The notes under the pieces are model-generated. The model saw only the letters and a list, made by a program, of their open reading frames with translations. It was not told the DNA's origin and did no database searches. The position numbers were made by a program, and so were the translations under genes. From an uncultured Gammaproteobacteria bacterium (lineage in GTDB: Bacteria; Pseudomonadota; Gammaproteobacteria; GCA-001735895), in assembly GCA_964651385.1 (NCBI GenBank), contig CAZYYM010000002.1, forward strand, positions 3,627 through 67,626: a stretch of DNA of 64,000 nucleotides. The letters are read 5' to 3'. Position 1 is the first letter of the stretch; each line of letters starts with the position of its first letter. Below are positions 9,371 through 19,010 of this stretch, one piece after another.

Positions 9371-9534
9371 CCCGCATTTCTCACCAGGATGGCGGGCTCT
9401 CGCTTGTTGTTTGAACTCATAAGGCAATTTTTTCAGACGGAAATACGCACTGTTATTCCGCTCCTTGAGAAAATCCCTTATGAATCCAAAGCCTGGTGCG
9501 ATCAACACACACGCTGGTGAGAAATGCGGATTAG
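9367..9534. repeat. 21-nt inverted repeat (20/21 match) bracketing a 126-nt spacer
   Basis: Left arm 9367-9387 is ctaacccgcatttctcaccag. The reverse complement of the right arm 9514-9534 is ctaatccgcatttctcaccag. The inner 16 nt are perfect. The left arm contains the permease stop codon. Confidence 0.9.
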
Positions 9535-9548
9535 CTGGAAATATTGAC

Positions 9549-10130
9549 ATGAGTGCCTGGATAAAAATGATAGCCGATGACCAAGCCGATTCGGACCTTC
9601 TTGACGCATTACAGCTGGCGCGCACGCCTCATGGTACCGTCGACAACGTTATGCGGGTACATTCGCTTCGACCTAACACAATGCGCGGGCACCTGACATT
9701 GTATCGGGCTGTACTCCATGACGACGCAAATACGCTGCCGCTCTGGCTACAGGAAACCGTCAGCTCCTATGTTTCAATATTGAATCAGTGCGATTATTCC
9801 CTTGCGAATCACTGGGCCAACGCTCGTCATCTGATTGCCGATGAATCCAGGGCTGACGCGATCGAGCAAGCTTTACATCAGCGTCGCCCGCAGGATGCTT
9901 TCGAGGGTCAGGAACTGGCACTAATGCTTTACACGGAAAAACTCACCGTAAATCCGGGCGACATGACGGAGAGCGATGTCGTGGAACTGCGCGTTAACGG
10001 TCTGGACGACGGCCAGATACTCGAAGCTAACCAGATCATTTGTTACTTCAATTATGTCAACCGCAGCCTCAACGGGCTTGGAGTGACTACCGAAAACGAT
10101 ATCGTGGGCTATTATGCTGATTCGAAATGA
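9549..10130 (+). CDS. carboxymuconolactone decarboxylase (AhpD-like) family / peroxidase-related protein
   Basis: MSAWIKMI...VDNVMRVHSLRPNTM...LNQCDYSLANH resembles the uncharacterised peroxidase-related CMD subfamily, with CxxS where AhpD has CxxC. ATG 9549 chosen because family members start near the (S/I)W(I/L) motif. The ORF track starts at an upstream TTG (9465). Confidence 0.65.
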   Translation: MSAWIKMIADDQADSDLLDALQLARTPHGTVDNVMRVHSLRPNTMRGHLTLYRAVLHDDANTLPLWLQETVSSYVSILNQCDYSLANHWANARHLIADESRADAIEQALHQRRPQDAFEGQELALMLYTEKLTVNPGDMTESDVVELRVNGLDDGQILEANQIICYFNYVNRSLNGLGVTTENDIVGYYADSK

Positions 10131-10139
10131 GGGCCGGCG

Positions 10140-11108
10140 ATGACGCCCGCAAGAGCACCCGACACAGGTTCGATTCCGGTAGTTGACATTTCGCCCCTGC
10201 GAAATGGCAGCAATCCAACAGCAGTTGCTCACGCCCTGCTTGAGGCAAGTCAGAATCTCGGATTTATCTATGTCAACGGACATGGAATTCCAGACCAGAC
10301 GATTGAAATAGCACGAGAAAAGGCCTTCGAGTTTTTCCGCAGCAGGGAAGTGCAAAAACGGCGCTATGCGATCACTCCGAAGCACCGTGGCTGGCTTGCA
10401 CGTGGCGGCGCCAAAATGCAGGACGATGCCGAGGCTGACCTTAAGGAAAGTTTTCTCTGGGGATATCAGGATAAATATGGTTGTGCGCCTTCTGATCACG
10501 AACTTCGAGGGCCCAACTTGTGGCCCGATTTTGTTCCGGAGATGGAGAGCAGCGCAATGGCCTATTTTAAAGAAGCTGATCGCCTCGCGCGCGATCTACT
10601 CAACGGATTTGCGATTGGCCTCAATCTCGATCCTGATTTTTTTCTACGCAACTGCCAGACACCACTTAGCAGAGCATCGTTCGTATATTATCCAAAACAG
10701 CCTGAATCCTCCGGTCAGGCTTTGTTTGGCGTCGGCCCGCATACCGATTTCGGCCTACTTACCGTGTTAAGTCAGGATGATGTCGGCGGACTTCAAGTCA
10801 AGAATCTCGCCGGGGAATGGATTGAGGCTCCGCCAATACCGGGTACGATGGTAGTTAACGTCGGTGATTTGCTCGAACGCTGGACCGACTGTGCTTTCCG
10901 TTCCACCCCACATCGGGTGATCAATACCTCGGGACGTGAACGCCTTTCGCTGGTTCTCGCCTTCGATCCGGACCCGGAGACCATGATCGATGCACGTGAA
11001 GTAATCGGGAATGAAAAACCGCCAAAACAGCCACCCATCAGTTGCGGTGACTACCTCGTGTGGCGTTTTGGTCGCGCGTTTTCCTATCGCGACTCCGTGA
11101 TAAAATGA
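10140..11108 (+). CDS. 2-oxoglutarate/Fe(II)-dependent oxygenase (isopenicillin N synthase-like family)
   Basis: N-terminal IPVVDISPL...GFIYVNGHGIP. Facial triad HTDFG...STPHRV and the RxS 2OG-binding motif (RLSLVLAF). Confidence 0.85.
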   Translation: MTPARAPDTGSIPVVDISPLRNGSNPTAVAHALLEASQNLGFIYVNGHGIPDQTIEIAREKAFEFFRSREVQKRRYAITPKHRGWLARGGAKMQDDAEADLKESFLWGYQDKYGCAPSDHELRGPNLWPDFVPEMESSAMAYFKEADRLARDLLNGFAIGLNLDPDFFLRNCQTPLSRASFVYYPKQPESSGQALFGVGPHTDFGLLTVLSQDDVGGLQVKNLAGEWIEAPPIPGTMVVNVGDLLERWTDCAFRSTPHRVINTSGRERLSLVLAFDPDPETMIDAREVIGNEKPPKQPPISCGDYLVWRFGRAFSYRDSVIK

Positions 11109-12181
11109 ATAAGTTGGTAGATCCGGCCACTGCCACCGATAACCTGCTTCAAAATTGTGCCGGCCTGACGCCCCGCAGCTCATTGCTGATCGTTTACGAA
11201 GACCCGAAGCTTGGCTGGTACGATCAAATGGTTACCGAAACGATTGTTGACGCGGCCCGCTCGATGGGCATCAAGACCCAGACCTTTGCTGTCGGCACCC
11301 CGCAAAACGAGCCGAATATCGCGCTGACGTCAGCAATGCAGCAATACGATTGCACTCTGTTCCTTTCGCGTATCGGTGACCAGGATCGTTTCGCATCCCC
11401 GGTTCCCGGTAAGGCTATCGTCATGTGCTACCTGCGCTCCTTCGATATGCTGACTTCGAATTTTGCGGGCGTCTCCTATCAGGCTACTCAAGCTCTTAAA
11501 AAAGTACTGGACAGCCTGGCCTGTCAGGCAAGCAAAATCGAAATCTTCTGCCCCCTGGGCACTAAATGCAGTCTCGAACAAACACCGCATACGGCAATCG
11601 ACGCGCATGATGTTTCGATCCTGCGTTTCCCCCTAGGGGTTATTACCCCGATCGATGCCCGCAAACTAAGCGGTCGGGTAGTATTGAGCCACTTCCTCAC
11701 CCCGACAGGGTCGCGGGTTTATCATCCCCCGAATCTCGAACTCCGCGAGTCCCTGGTGGCCAATATCGAAAATGGTCGAATTAGTGGATTCGAAGGGAAT
11801 ATCAAGGATGTAGCTGCCGTGGAAAACCACTATCGACGAATAGCGGCACAATTCGATATTGATCCCAGCTGCGTACACTCGTGGCACGCCGGCATGCATC
11901 CTGGTCTGTCCTACCTTCAGAAAGCTGAGTCTGACCCGGATCGCTGGTCTAACACAATCTTCAATCATCCCCGAATCCTTCATTTTCATACCTGCGGCGC
12001 CTATGCGCCTGGCGAAATATGCTGGATCGTAAAGGATCAGACAATTTTACTCGACGGTAAACCGCTCTGGGACGAAGGCAAACTCTGCCTTCAGGACTTT
12101 TCCGAAACGCGCACCACTCTCGAAAACTGGCCCGAACTGGAACGCCTTTTTTATCAGGCCGCTGGTCAGATTGGGCTCTGA
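11105..12181 (+). CDS. hypothetical enzyme, possibly M29-aminopeptidase/NicX-like fold
   Basis: ATG at 11105 overlaps the oxygenase stop (ATGA). The 358-aa protein has a His-rich C-terminal region (SWHAGMHPG...ILHFHTCGAYAPGE). Family assignment is my recollection of a loose pattern only. The ORF track begins at 11060. Confidence 0.55.
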   Translation: MNKLVDPATATDNLLQNCAGLTPRSSLLIVYEDPKLGWYDQMVTETIVDAARSMGIKTQTFAVGTPQNEPNIALTSAMQQYDCTLFLSRIGDQDRFASPVPGKAIVMCYLRSFDMLTSNFAGVSYQATQALKKVLDSLACQASKIEIFCPLGTKCSLEQTPHTAIDAHDVSILRFPLGVITPIDARKLSGRVVLSHFLTPTGSRVYHPPNLELRESLVANIENGRISGFEGNIKDVAAVENHYRRIAAQFDIDPSCVHSWHAGMHPGLSYLQKAESDPDRWSNTIFNHPRILHFHTCGAYAPGEICWIVKDQTILLDGKPLWDEGKLCLQDFSETRTTLENWPELERLFYQAAGQIGL

Positions 12182-12202
12182 TTCAAAGGCTCCTTTAACT
12201 GG

Positions 12203-14086
12203 TCAAGACTCCAGCGCTTCGCTCAACTCAAACCACTCTTCTTCGAGTTGCTGTAAATCCTTTTGAACTATCGCCTGTTGTACCAGTATTTCGGTCAGTT
12301 TGGCTTTATTGTCGGCTTCATAAATCGATGGCTGGGACAAGGAATGTTCCAGCGTCTGCTTTTTTTGGTTGAGTTTTTCGACTTCTCTCTCCACCCGCTT
12401 TAACCGTTTCATCTGCGGTGCTCGCAGTTTTCGTTGCTCGGCCTGTTTCTGTCTATTTAGTTTAGTAGTATTAACCACAGGATTGAATGGCGATCGATCA
12501 GCGTTGCCCTTGCCCGATTTTTTATTCGCCAGCCAACGCGGATAGGCATCGATATCATCGTCAAACGGCAGGAGTCCGCCGTTATCGACCAGCCATAAAT
12601 CATCACTGACACTGCGCAACAAATGCCGATCATGCGAGACCAGAATGACACTGCCTTCGAAACCCTGCAAGGCCTGATTCAACGCCAGCCGCATTTCCAG
12701 ATCAAGATGGTTGGTTGGTTCATCCAGTAATATCAAATTGGGGCTTTGCCAGATGATGAGGGCCAGCACCAGCCTGGCTTTTTCACCGCCCGAGAAAGAA
12801 CCGACCATTTGCAGTACCTTGTCACCGCTGAAATTATAACCACCCAGGTAAGTCCGGATATCGCGTTCTGTGAGCTTTTCATCGAGACGTTGCATGGTAA
12901 GCAGGGCACTAGCTTCTGCATCAAGTTGCTCGACCTGGTGTTGCGCAAAATAACCAACCTTCAAATCCTTTGATCGATCCATTTGCCCACCTTGCAATCC
13001 AAGCTCTCCAGCGAGTAATTTTATAAACGTTGACTTACCGGCACCATTTAATCCCAGTAATCCTATCCGCTCGCCCGGAATCAATGAAAAATTTATGTCC
13101 TCAAGCACCGTGAGTTCACCGTAGCCGACCGATGCATCGTCGATTCGTAGCAACGACGTCGGCATCGCCCTGGGTGGTTTAAAGCAAAAGCGAAAAGGCG
13201 AATCGATATGTGCCGGGCCGATTCGTTGCATGCGCTCCAGGGCCTTGATACGGCTCTGTGCCTGCTTTGCTTTGGTCGCCTTGGCCTTGAAACGATTGAT
13301 AAAGCTTTGCATATGCGCGATCGACTGTTGCTGCTTGATATAACTCGACTGTTGTTGCGCCAAACGCTCGGCGCGTTGTTCTTCGAATGCTGAATAATTG
13401 CCGGTATAGAGACGGATGCCCTGTTGCTCAACATGGGCAATATGGCCGACCACCGAGTCAAGGAAATCCCGGTCGTGCGAAACCAGCACTAGCGTGCCAC
13501 GATAGCGCCTCAACCATTGCTCGAGCCAGATAACCGCATCTAGATCGAGATGATTAGTCGGCTCATCGAGTAGTAATAAATCGGAGCGACACATCAAGGC
13601 ACCCGCCAGATTCAGTCGCATGATCCAGCCGCCGGAAAAAAATTCCAGCGGTTTCTCTATTTCCTCATCTTTAAAACCGAGACCGGAAAGTAACTTTGCC
13701 GCTCGGCTATAAGCGTGGTAACCGTCGATTTCTTCGAGTCGCTCATGGCATTGTGCGATGGCATCGGCGTGATGATCCTGTTCTGCCCTCGCAAGCTTTT
13801 GCTGTACCCGACGCAGCTCGATATCACCATCCATGACAAAATCAATAGCCTTTTGCCGGGTTAATTGCGTTTCCTGTGCGACTTCGGCAATTTGCCAGTG
13901 CGATGGTTTCGAAAAGTCTCCGCTGTCGGCCGACAGGTCACCTCGTATCAAAGAAAATAAAGATGATTTGCCGCTGCCGTTAGCGCCGGTCAGCCCGACT
14001 TTCTGCCCGGCGTGTATCGTGAACCCCACGTCCTGGAACAACAAACTGGCACCACGACGCAAAGCGAGATCGGTAAATTTTAACAT
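12203..14086 (-). CDS. yheS: ABC-F family ATPase YheS
   Basis: Two ABC cassettes (GANGSGKSS and GLNGAGKST Walker A; FSGGWIMRLNLA and FSGGEKARLVLA signatures), an inter-domain linker (QAQSRIKALERM) and a C-terminal coiled coil. Collinear with E. coli YheS as I remember it. Confidence 0.92.
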   Translation of the reverse strand: MLKFTDLALRRGASLLFQDVGFTIHAGQKVGLTGANGSGKSSLFSLIRGDLSADSGDFSKPSHWQIAEVAQETQLTRQKAIDFVMDGDIELRRVQQKLARAEQDHHADAIAQCHERLEEIDGYHAYSRAAKLLSGLGFKDEEIEKPLEFFSGGWIMRLNLAGALMCRSDLLLLDEPTNHLDLDAVIWLEQWLRRYRGTLVLVSHDRDFLDSVVGHIAHVEQQGIRLYTGNYSAFEEQRAERLAQQQSSYIKQQQSIAHMQSFINRFKAKATKAKQAQSRIKALERMQRIGPAHIDSPFRFCFKPPRAMPTSLLRIDDASVGYGELTVLEDINFSLIPGERIGLLGLNGAGKSTFIKLLAGELGLQGGQMDRSKDLKVGYFAQHQVEQLDAEASALLTMQRLDEKLTERDIRTYLGGYNFSGDKVLQMVGSFSGGEKARLVLALIIWQSPNLILLDEPTNHLDLEMRLALNQALQGFEGSVILVSHDRHLLRSVSDDLWLVDNGGLLPFDDDIDAYPRWLANKKSGKGNADRSPFNPVVNTTKLNRQKQAEQRKLRAPQMKRLKRVEREVEKLNQKKQTLEHSLSQPSIYEADNKAKLTEILVQQAIVQKDLQQLEEEWFELSEALES

Positions 14087-14205
14087 AGAGATAAAACGGT
14101 TTCGGGTCAGATTTGGCAGTATCCAGAACGAGAATTTGCAAGAAATCCTCAGTTGGCGATGAATTTACGTTAATATAGCGTGAATAATAAAGACTAGTTT
14201 AGCGC

Positions 14206-14919
14206 ATGAATATAGAAAATTACTACCAGATCGACGGCACTAAAATTTCATTTACCCGACAACAGGCCAGCGAATTTGCAAAAGCTGTCGCCGGAGATTT
14301 TAATCAGCTACACGATATCGACGCTACCCGGTTTTGTGTGCCCGGCGATTTGCTATTTGCTGTCATTATCCATCACTACGGCCTTCGACAGACAATGGGG
14401 TTTTCGTTTTCGGGTATGGTCAGCGACGATGATGTCTTGATTTTACCCAAAGTCGAAGCACGGGAAATTTCCATATATGATGAAAAGAACAAAAAATACC
14501 TCGATGTATCCACTGACGGCGGGCAAAGTCACAACGCAAAATTAATTGAATCGCTGACGCTCCATTGTGTCGAGTTCTCCGGCCATACCTTCCCACACGT
14601 GCTAGTGCCCTTGATGAAGGAAAACAATACCATGATTAATACGGAACGACCGCTGGTTATTTATGACCATATGCGTATATCACTCGACACATTTGACATG
14701 GATTCAGTTGCACTGGTCCATTCCGGCAGTATCTTTCGCATCTATGGGAAACGTGGCGATGTGGCGTTGAATTACGATTTAACCTGTAATGGCGAAAAGG
14801 TCGGCAAAGGCCAGAAGAAAATGGTTTTAGGCGGCTTACGCGAGTATCAACAGGATAAAATCGATCAACTGGTTGATTCTATCGAACATTGCAGACAGAC
14901 TTACCGTGCTAACCGCTAA
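14206..14919 (+). CDS. hypothetical protein, hot-dog/MaoC-like N-terminal motif (DUF3581-like)
   Basis: 237-aa ORF. ASEFAKAVAGDFNQLHD resembles the (R)-hydratase motif GDxNPxH with P replaced by Q. Family name from memory only. Confidence 0.55.
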   Translation: MNIENYYQIDGTKISFTRQQASEFAKAVAGDFNQLHDIDATRFCVPGDLLFAVIIHHYGLRQTMGFSFSGMVSDDDVLILPKVEAREISIYDEKNKKYLDVSTDGGQSHNAKLIESLTLHCVEFSGHTFPHVLVPLMKENNTMINTERPLVIYDHMRISLDTFDMDSVALVHSGSIFRIYGKRGDVALNYDLTCNGEKVGKGQKKMVLGGLREYQQDKIDQLVDSIEHCRQTYRANR

Positions 14920-14925
14920 ACCGAA

Positions 14926-15546
14926 TTAAAACTCTCGTGCAAAACGCAGGCTGAATAGCTTGTCACCGGAAGCCGCAAACTTAAATCGCACAAACGAAGT
15001 TGGATCGACAAACAGGTCAATACTGAGTCCGGTACTGACATCTTCGCTGTTCTCGAAAGTTTCGGTACTGCTATCTCGCTGGATATCTCCGCTGATATTG
15101 CTGATAACCGCAAAAGGCATAAGACGAATTTGGCTGAACATGGCACTTAAACCGATCTGATAGGAAATTTCCCGCCAATCAATCCGGTCGGTCGTTGTGT
15201 CATCGATCACTGAGCCGGAATGGTATCGGTAGCCAATTTGATTATGCAAGGCAAAATAATCACCGAATGAAAATGGATAACGCAAAAATACGCCAACGTA
15301 GCTGGCATTGAATTTTTCGGTATTTTTGGGACCGCTGCTATTACTGATACGCGTGGTTTGTCGACCGATGTTAGCGCCGACACCGATACCGCTTCGGGTT
15401 TTTTCTTCAAAATGCAGGTTGAGACGCGTGGTATCTGACACGCGTTGATTGCTTTCGAATAGCCAGTCACTTTCAATCTCATCGATGCTCAAGGACGTGC
15501 CGGACCAGTCGGCATTAACCGTCTGAATCATCATAGCGAGTAGCAT
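14926..15546 (-). CDS. putative small outer-membrane beta-barrel protein
   Basis: Short N-terminal signal-like segment (MLLAMMIQTVNA), alternating hydrophobic/polar strands and a C-terminal aromatic residue (FAREF), as in OMP beta-signals. Confidence 0.5.
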   Translation of the reverse strand: MLLAMMIQTVNADWSGTSLSIDEIESDWLFESNQRVSDTTRLNLHFEEKTRSGIGVGANIGRQTTRISNSSGPKNTEKFNASYVGVFLRYPFSFGDYFALHNQIGYRYHSGSVIDDTTTDRIDWREISYQIGLSAMFSQIRLMPFAVISNISGDIQRDSSTETFENSEDVSTGLSIDLFVDPTSFVRFKFAASGDKLFSLRFAREF

Positions 15547-15565
15547 AATCAGTCCGCTGAAATAT

Positions 15566-16411
15566 TTAATGAGGCTGTTCCCGTTCGACCACGACTGCGG
15601 GAGTAATTCCGAGTCTGGTCAATTGTTGATGATCACTAATTCGTTCGCAGGCGGCAGTAACCCATTGCTCCACTTCTCCTATGATCTGGTCAGCTTTTTT
15701 ACCTTCAGGATCTATCGGTTTTCCTATCACGATTCGAATCGTACCCGGCCATTTGATCCAGCTATGGCGTGGCCAGAATTCTCCGGCATTATGTGCCACC
15801 GGTAACACCGCATATCCGGTTTTCTCGGAAACGATTGCACCACCGATCTTAAAGGGTTTTCTCTCGCCCGGTTTTACCCGGGTCCCTTCAGGAAAGAGCA
15901 TCAGTATTCTACCTTCATCCATGCGTTGATGACTTTCAGCAACCAGTTGTTTAATGGCCTGACGTCCGGTTCCACGGTTCAATGCGATGGCATTCATCGC
16001 TATCAAACCCCAACCGAAAAATGGAATCCGAGTCAGTTCCTTTTTTACCACCCAGACCATCGGGTCGAAGAATTTTTGCATGGCGATGGTTTCCCAGGTA
16101 GAACTGTGCTTACTCATGACAATAAAGCCATGTTGCGGAATATTTTCCTGACCTTCAACAACATATTTAAGACCGCAAAGGTATTTCAATACAGCCAGGC
16201 TGATATTAATCCAGTTCTTGATCAGAGCAATTCGGTATTTGAGCGGCGCAAAAACTAACGGTGTCAACACAACCGCCGTCACAATCGTTACCAACAAAAA
16301 CGGCGGCCAGAATAACGTGGAGCGTATAACTAACCAGAACTTATACAAAATCTCATCGCCTCTTGAGGAATTCTCGAACAAAATGTGCAAGATCATCGTA
16401 TACGGGTACAT
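15566..16411 (-). CDS. plsC: 1-acyl-sn-glycerol-3-phosphate (lysophospholipid) acyltransferase
   Basis: Acyltransferase blocks SKHSSTWET and FPEGTR with an N-terminal TM helix. Position next to gmhB-glyS-glyQ as in Pseudomonas. As called it overlaps gmhB by 59 nt, so the true start is probably further downstream. Confidence 0.8.
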   Translation of the reverse strand: MYPYTMILHILFENSSRGDEILYKFWLVIRSTLFWPPFLLVTIVTAVVLTPLVFAPLKYRIALIKNWINISLAVLKYLCGLKYVVEGQENIPQHGFIVMSKHSSTWETIAMQKFFDPMVWVVKKELTRIPFFGWGLIAMNAIALNRGTGRQAIKQLVAESHQRMDEGRILMLFPEGTRVKPGERKPFKIGGAIVSEKTGYAVLPVAHNAGEFWPRHSWIKWPGTIRIVIGKPIDPEGKKADQIIGEVEQWVTAACERISDHQQLTRLGITPAVVVEREQPH

Positions 16412-16895
16412 TGATTGTTTCGGGGTAATGCTGCATAACAGTTTCTCCTTTGCCGGTTCTTACCAATATCGGTTTGGCATTCGCCATTCCTGCGGCTTTG
16501 ACGTCGCCGATACTGTCGCCGACGAAAGGTGTCTCGGACAGTTTAATATCAAACTGGCTGGCAATTTGCAACAGTAGCCCCGGTTTCGGTTTGCGACAGA
16601 TACAGTTATCCTGCGGCCCATGCGGACAATAAAATATTCCGTCAATTCTGGTGTTCCGTATGGCCAGTTGTTTTTCCAACTGATGGTGTATTTTCCGCAA
16701 ATTGTCTTCGCCGAATAATCCCCGAGCAATACCCGATTGATTGCTCGCAATGGTTACCAGAAAACCTGCTTTTTTTAAACGGCTAATCGCTTCCAGGCTA
16801 CCGGGGATCGGCACCCACTCCTCTACCGATTTGATATAGTCATCTGAATCCTGATTAATGACGCCATCCCGATCTAATATCACCATGCGCGTCAT
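16353..16895 (-). CDS. gmhB: D-glycero-beta-D-manno-heptose-1,7-bisphosphate 7-phosphatase
   Basis: HAD motif I VILDRDGVIN, SNQSGIARG, zinc-site CxC (CICRKPKPG), motif IV VGDSIGD. ATG 16895 (preceded by aagag) preferred over the TTG at 16922. Confidence 0.87.
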   Translation of the reverse strand: MTRMVILDRDGVINQDSDDYIKSVEEWVPIPGSLEAISRLKKAGFLVTIASNQSGIARGLFGEDNLRKIHHQLEKQLAIRNTRIDGIFYCPHGPQDNCICRKPKPGLLLQIASQFDIKLSETPFVGDSIGDVKAAGMANAKPILVRTGKGETVMQHYPETINVPVYDDLAHFVREFLKRR

Positions 16896-16940
16896 AGTTA
16901 CTACGCTCTTAAAGAACTCCAAACATTCACAGCATTACCC

Positions 16941-19010
16941 TCACGACTGTAATCGGGAAAAATCGGCGACCTGTCTAAAGCATAACAATAACTGTTCAAG
17001 CAGGGCGAGGCGATTATGTTTAATCGCTTCATCGTTAACCATTACCATGACATCGTCAAAGAACTGATCGACTACCGGACGGAGATTTGCCAACTGCTCC
17101 AGGCCATCAAAATATCGACCTTCTTCAAAACATAGCTGCGCCTGACCCTGTAGCTTTTCCAGTTGCTCGAATAGCTGCTTTTCGGCAACTTCCTGAAATA
17201 ACCCGGTATTAACCGATGGCAAGTCGGCTTCGGGCTGCTTTTTCAAAATATTGCTGATACGTTTGTTTGCCGCCGCCAGTGCCCTCGCCGCTTCGTTTTG
17301 CTGAAAAAGTGAAACTGCCTGAACACGTTGGGCACAATCGTATAAGTCGGTCGGTTTAGTCGCTATGACTGCATCAACGATATCGGAATTGATTTGCTGT
17401 TCTTGATAATAGGCTCTTAAACGGTCGAAAATATAATCTATCACCTCATCAACCGTATTAGATGAGTCAACTTTCTCCGGCAAATTTTTAATGCCATATT
17501 GACAGAGTTCGCGCAAATCCAGCGATATTTTTGATTCGATCAGGATACGCGCCACGCCCAGGGCCGCCCGCCTTAATGCAAATGGATCTTTCACGCCACT
17601 CGGCTTCTGCCCGATAGCGAATATACCGATCAAACTATCGAGTCGGTCAGCCAGTGCCAAACACTGCGCAACATCACTTTCAGGTAAAACATCGCCGGCG
17701 AATCTGGGCCAGTAATGCTGTTCGAGCGATGCACTGACCACGGCATTTTCCTGGTCATGATCGGCATAATAGCGTCCCATAATACCCTGCAATCTGGGAA
17801 ATTCGGCGACCATGTCACTCATTAAATCACATTTACATAATTCATTGGCTCGTTTGACCAATGCCGGATCCGCTCCAATTTTCCCCGCAATGAAAACGGC
17901 CAGACTACCGTTGCGATTTACCTTGTCCCCAACACTACCGAGCCGTTCCTGAAATACTACCCGGTCGAGCCGTGGTCTCAGTGTTGACAGCGGCTGTTTC
18001 TGATCCTGTTCAAAGAAAAACCGGGCATCGGCAAAACGTGGGCGAATCACACGCTCATTGCCACGCGCGACCACATCCGGGTTCTTGCTATCGACATTCG
18101 AAATGGTAATAAAATATGGCCGCAGATTATTATTATCATCAAATACGGCAAAATACTTCTGATTATCCTGCATCGTCATAATCAGCGCTTCCTGCGGCAC
18201 CTGCAGGAATGTTTCGTCAAATTCTCCGCAAACCGCGACAGGATACTCGACCAGCGCGGTGACTTCTTCGAGTAAATCGCCCTCAATTTGCGCAACGCCA
18301 CCAAGACTCCTGGCACTTTTTTCCACCAGTGAGCGAATGGTATTTTGACGGCGTTCGAAATTTGCCATCACCAGGCCTTGCGACAACAATATTTTTTCGT
18401 ACTCGTTCGCCGACTCAATATTAATCTTGCCGGGCGCATGGAATCGATGACCATAACTGGCCGACGAGGATGCAACGCCGAAAACACTCGCTTCAACCGC
18501 CTCATTGCCAATCATTACTACCAGCCATTTTACCGGGCGCACGAATTCATCGGTGCGTTCGCCCCAGCGCATGCGTTTAGGGACAGGCAGACGGGCCAAC
18601 GCCTGATCGAGCAATCCGGGTAGCAATTGTTTCAGACTTAAACCGGGCTCGGTTTTTTCGAAATATAACCAGGCGCCTTTATTGGTTTCGCGCTGGTTTA
18701 ACTCACTCACCTCGACACCGCAAGATCTGGCAAAACCTTGTGCCGCTTTTGAAGGATGACCATGCACATCGAATGCAGCCTGCACCGCCGGGCCCCGCTT
18801 TTCAACGACCTGGTCAGACTGACGTGTGGGTATTTCACGTAACAACATAGCCAGCCGTCGTGGGGTAGCAAACACCTCGACAGAGGCAGGAACTAAACCG
18901 GTTTCTTGCAGCGATTCCCGCATCAGTTTTGCAAAGCTCTCCGATAGCGATTTCAACGCCTTTGGAGGCAATTCTTCGGTGCCAAGTTCGATCAAGCAGT
19001 CGTTTATCAT
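16941..19010 (-). CDS. glyS: glycine--tRNA ligase beta subunit
   Basis: 689-aa ORF starting [12 protein letters not shown], characteristic of GlyS. Its ATG overlaps the glyQ stop (ATGA). Confidence 0.97.
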   Translation of the reverse strand: MINDCLIELGTEELPPKALKSLSESFAKLMRESLQETGLVPASVEVFATPRRLAMLLREIPTRQSDQVVEKRGPAVQAAFDVHGHPSKAAQGFARSCGVEVSELNQRETNKGAWLYFEKTEPGLSLKQLLPGLLDQALARLPVPKRMRWGERTDEFVRPVKWLVVMIGNEAVEASVFGVASSSASYGHRFHAPGKINIESANEYEKILLSQGLVMANFERRQNTIRSLVEKSARSLGGVAQIEGDLLEEVTALVEYPVAVCGEFDETFLQVPQEALIMTMQDNQKYFAVFDDNNNLRPYFITISNVDSKNPDVVARGNERVIRPRFADARFFFEQDQKQPLSTLRPRLDRVVFQERLGSVGDKVNRNGSLAVFIAGKIGADPALVKRANELCKCDLMSDMVAEFPRLQGIMGRYYADHDQENAVVSASLEQHYWPRFAGDVLPESDVAQCLALADRLDSLIGIFAIGQKPSGVKDPFALRRAALGVARILIESKISLDLRELCQYGIKNLPEKVDSSNTVDEVIDYIFDRLRAYYQEQQINSDIVDAVIATKPTDLYDCAQRVQAVSLFQQNEAARALAAANKRISNILKKQPEADLPSVNTGLFQEVAEKQLFEQLEKLQGQAQLCFEEGRYFDGLEQLANLRPVVDQFFDDVMVMVNDEAIKHNRLALLEQLLLCFRQVADFSRLQS

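Noticed and set aside
10167-10177. GGTTCGATTCC, a tRNA T-loop-like motif that could mark a tRNA gene or an att remnant.
   Set aside because: It lies inside the 2OG-oxygenase coding frame. The flanking bases give only a 4/5 T-stem, and there is no matching acceptor stem or CCA context.
16353-16411. 59-nt overlap between plsC and gmhB as called in the ORF track.
   Set aside because: This is most likely an artefact of taking the longest ORF for plsC. The hydrophobic N-terminus typical of the family begins downstream (LYKFWLVI...), so it is not treated as a genuine long overlap.
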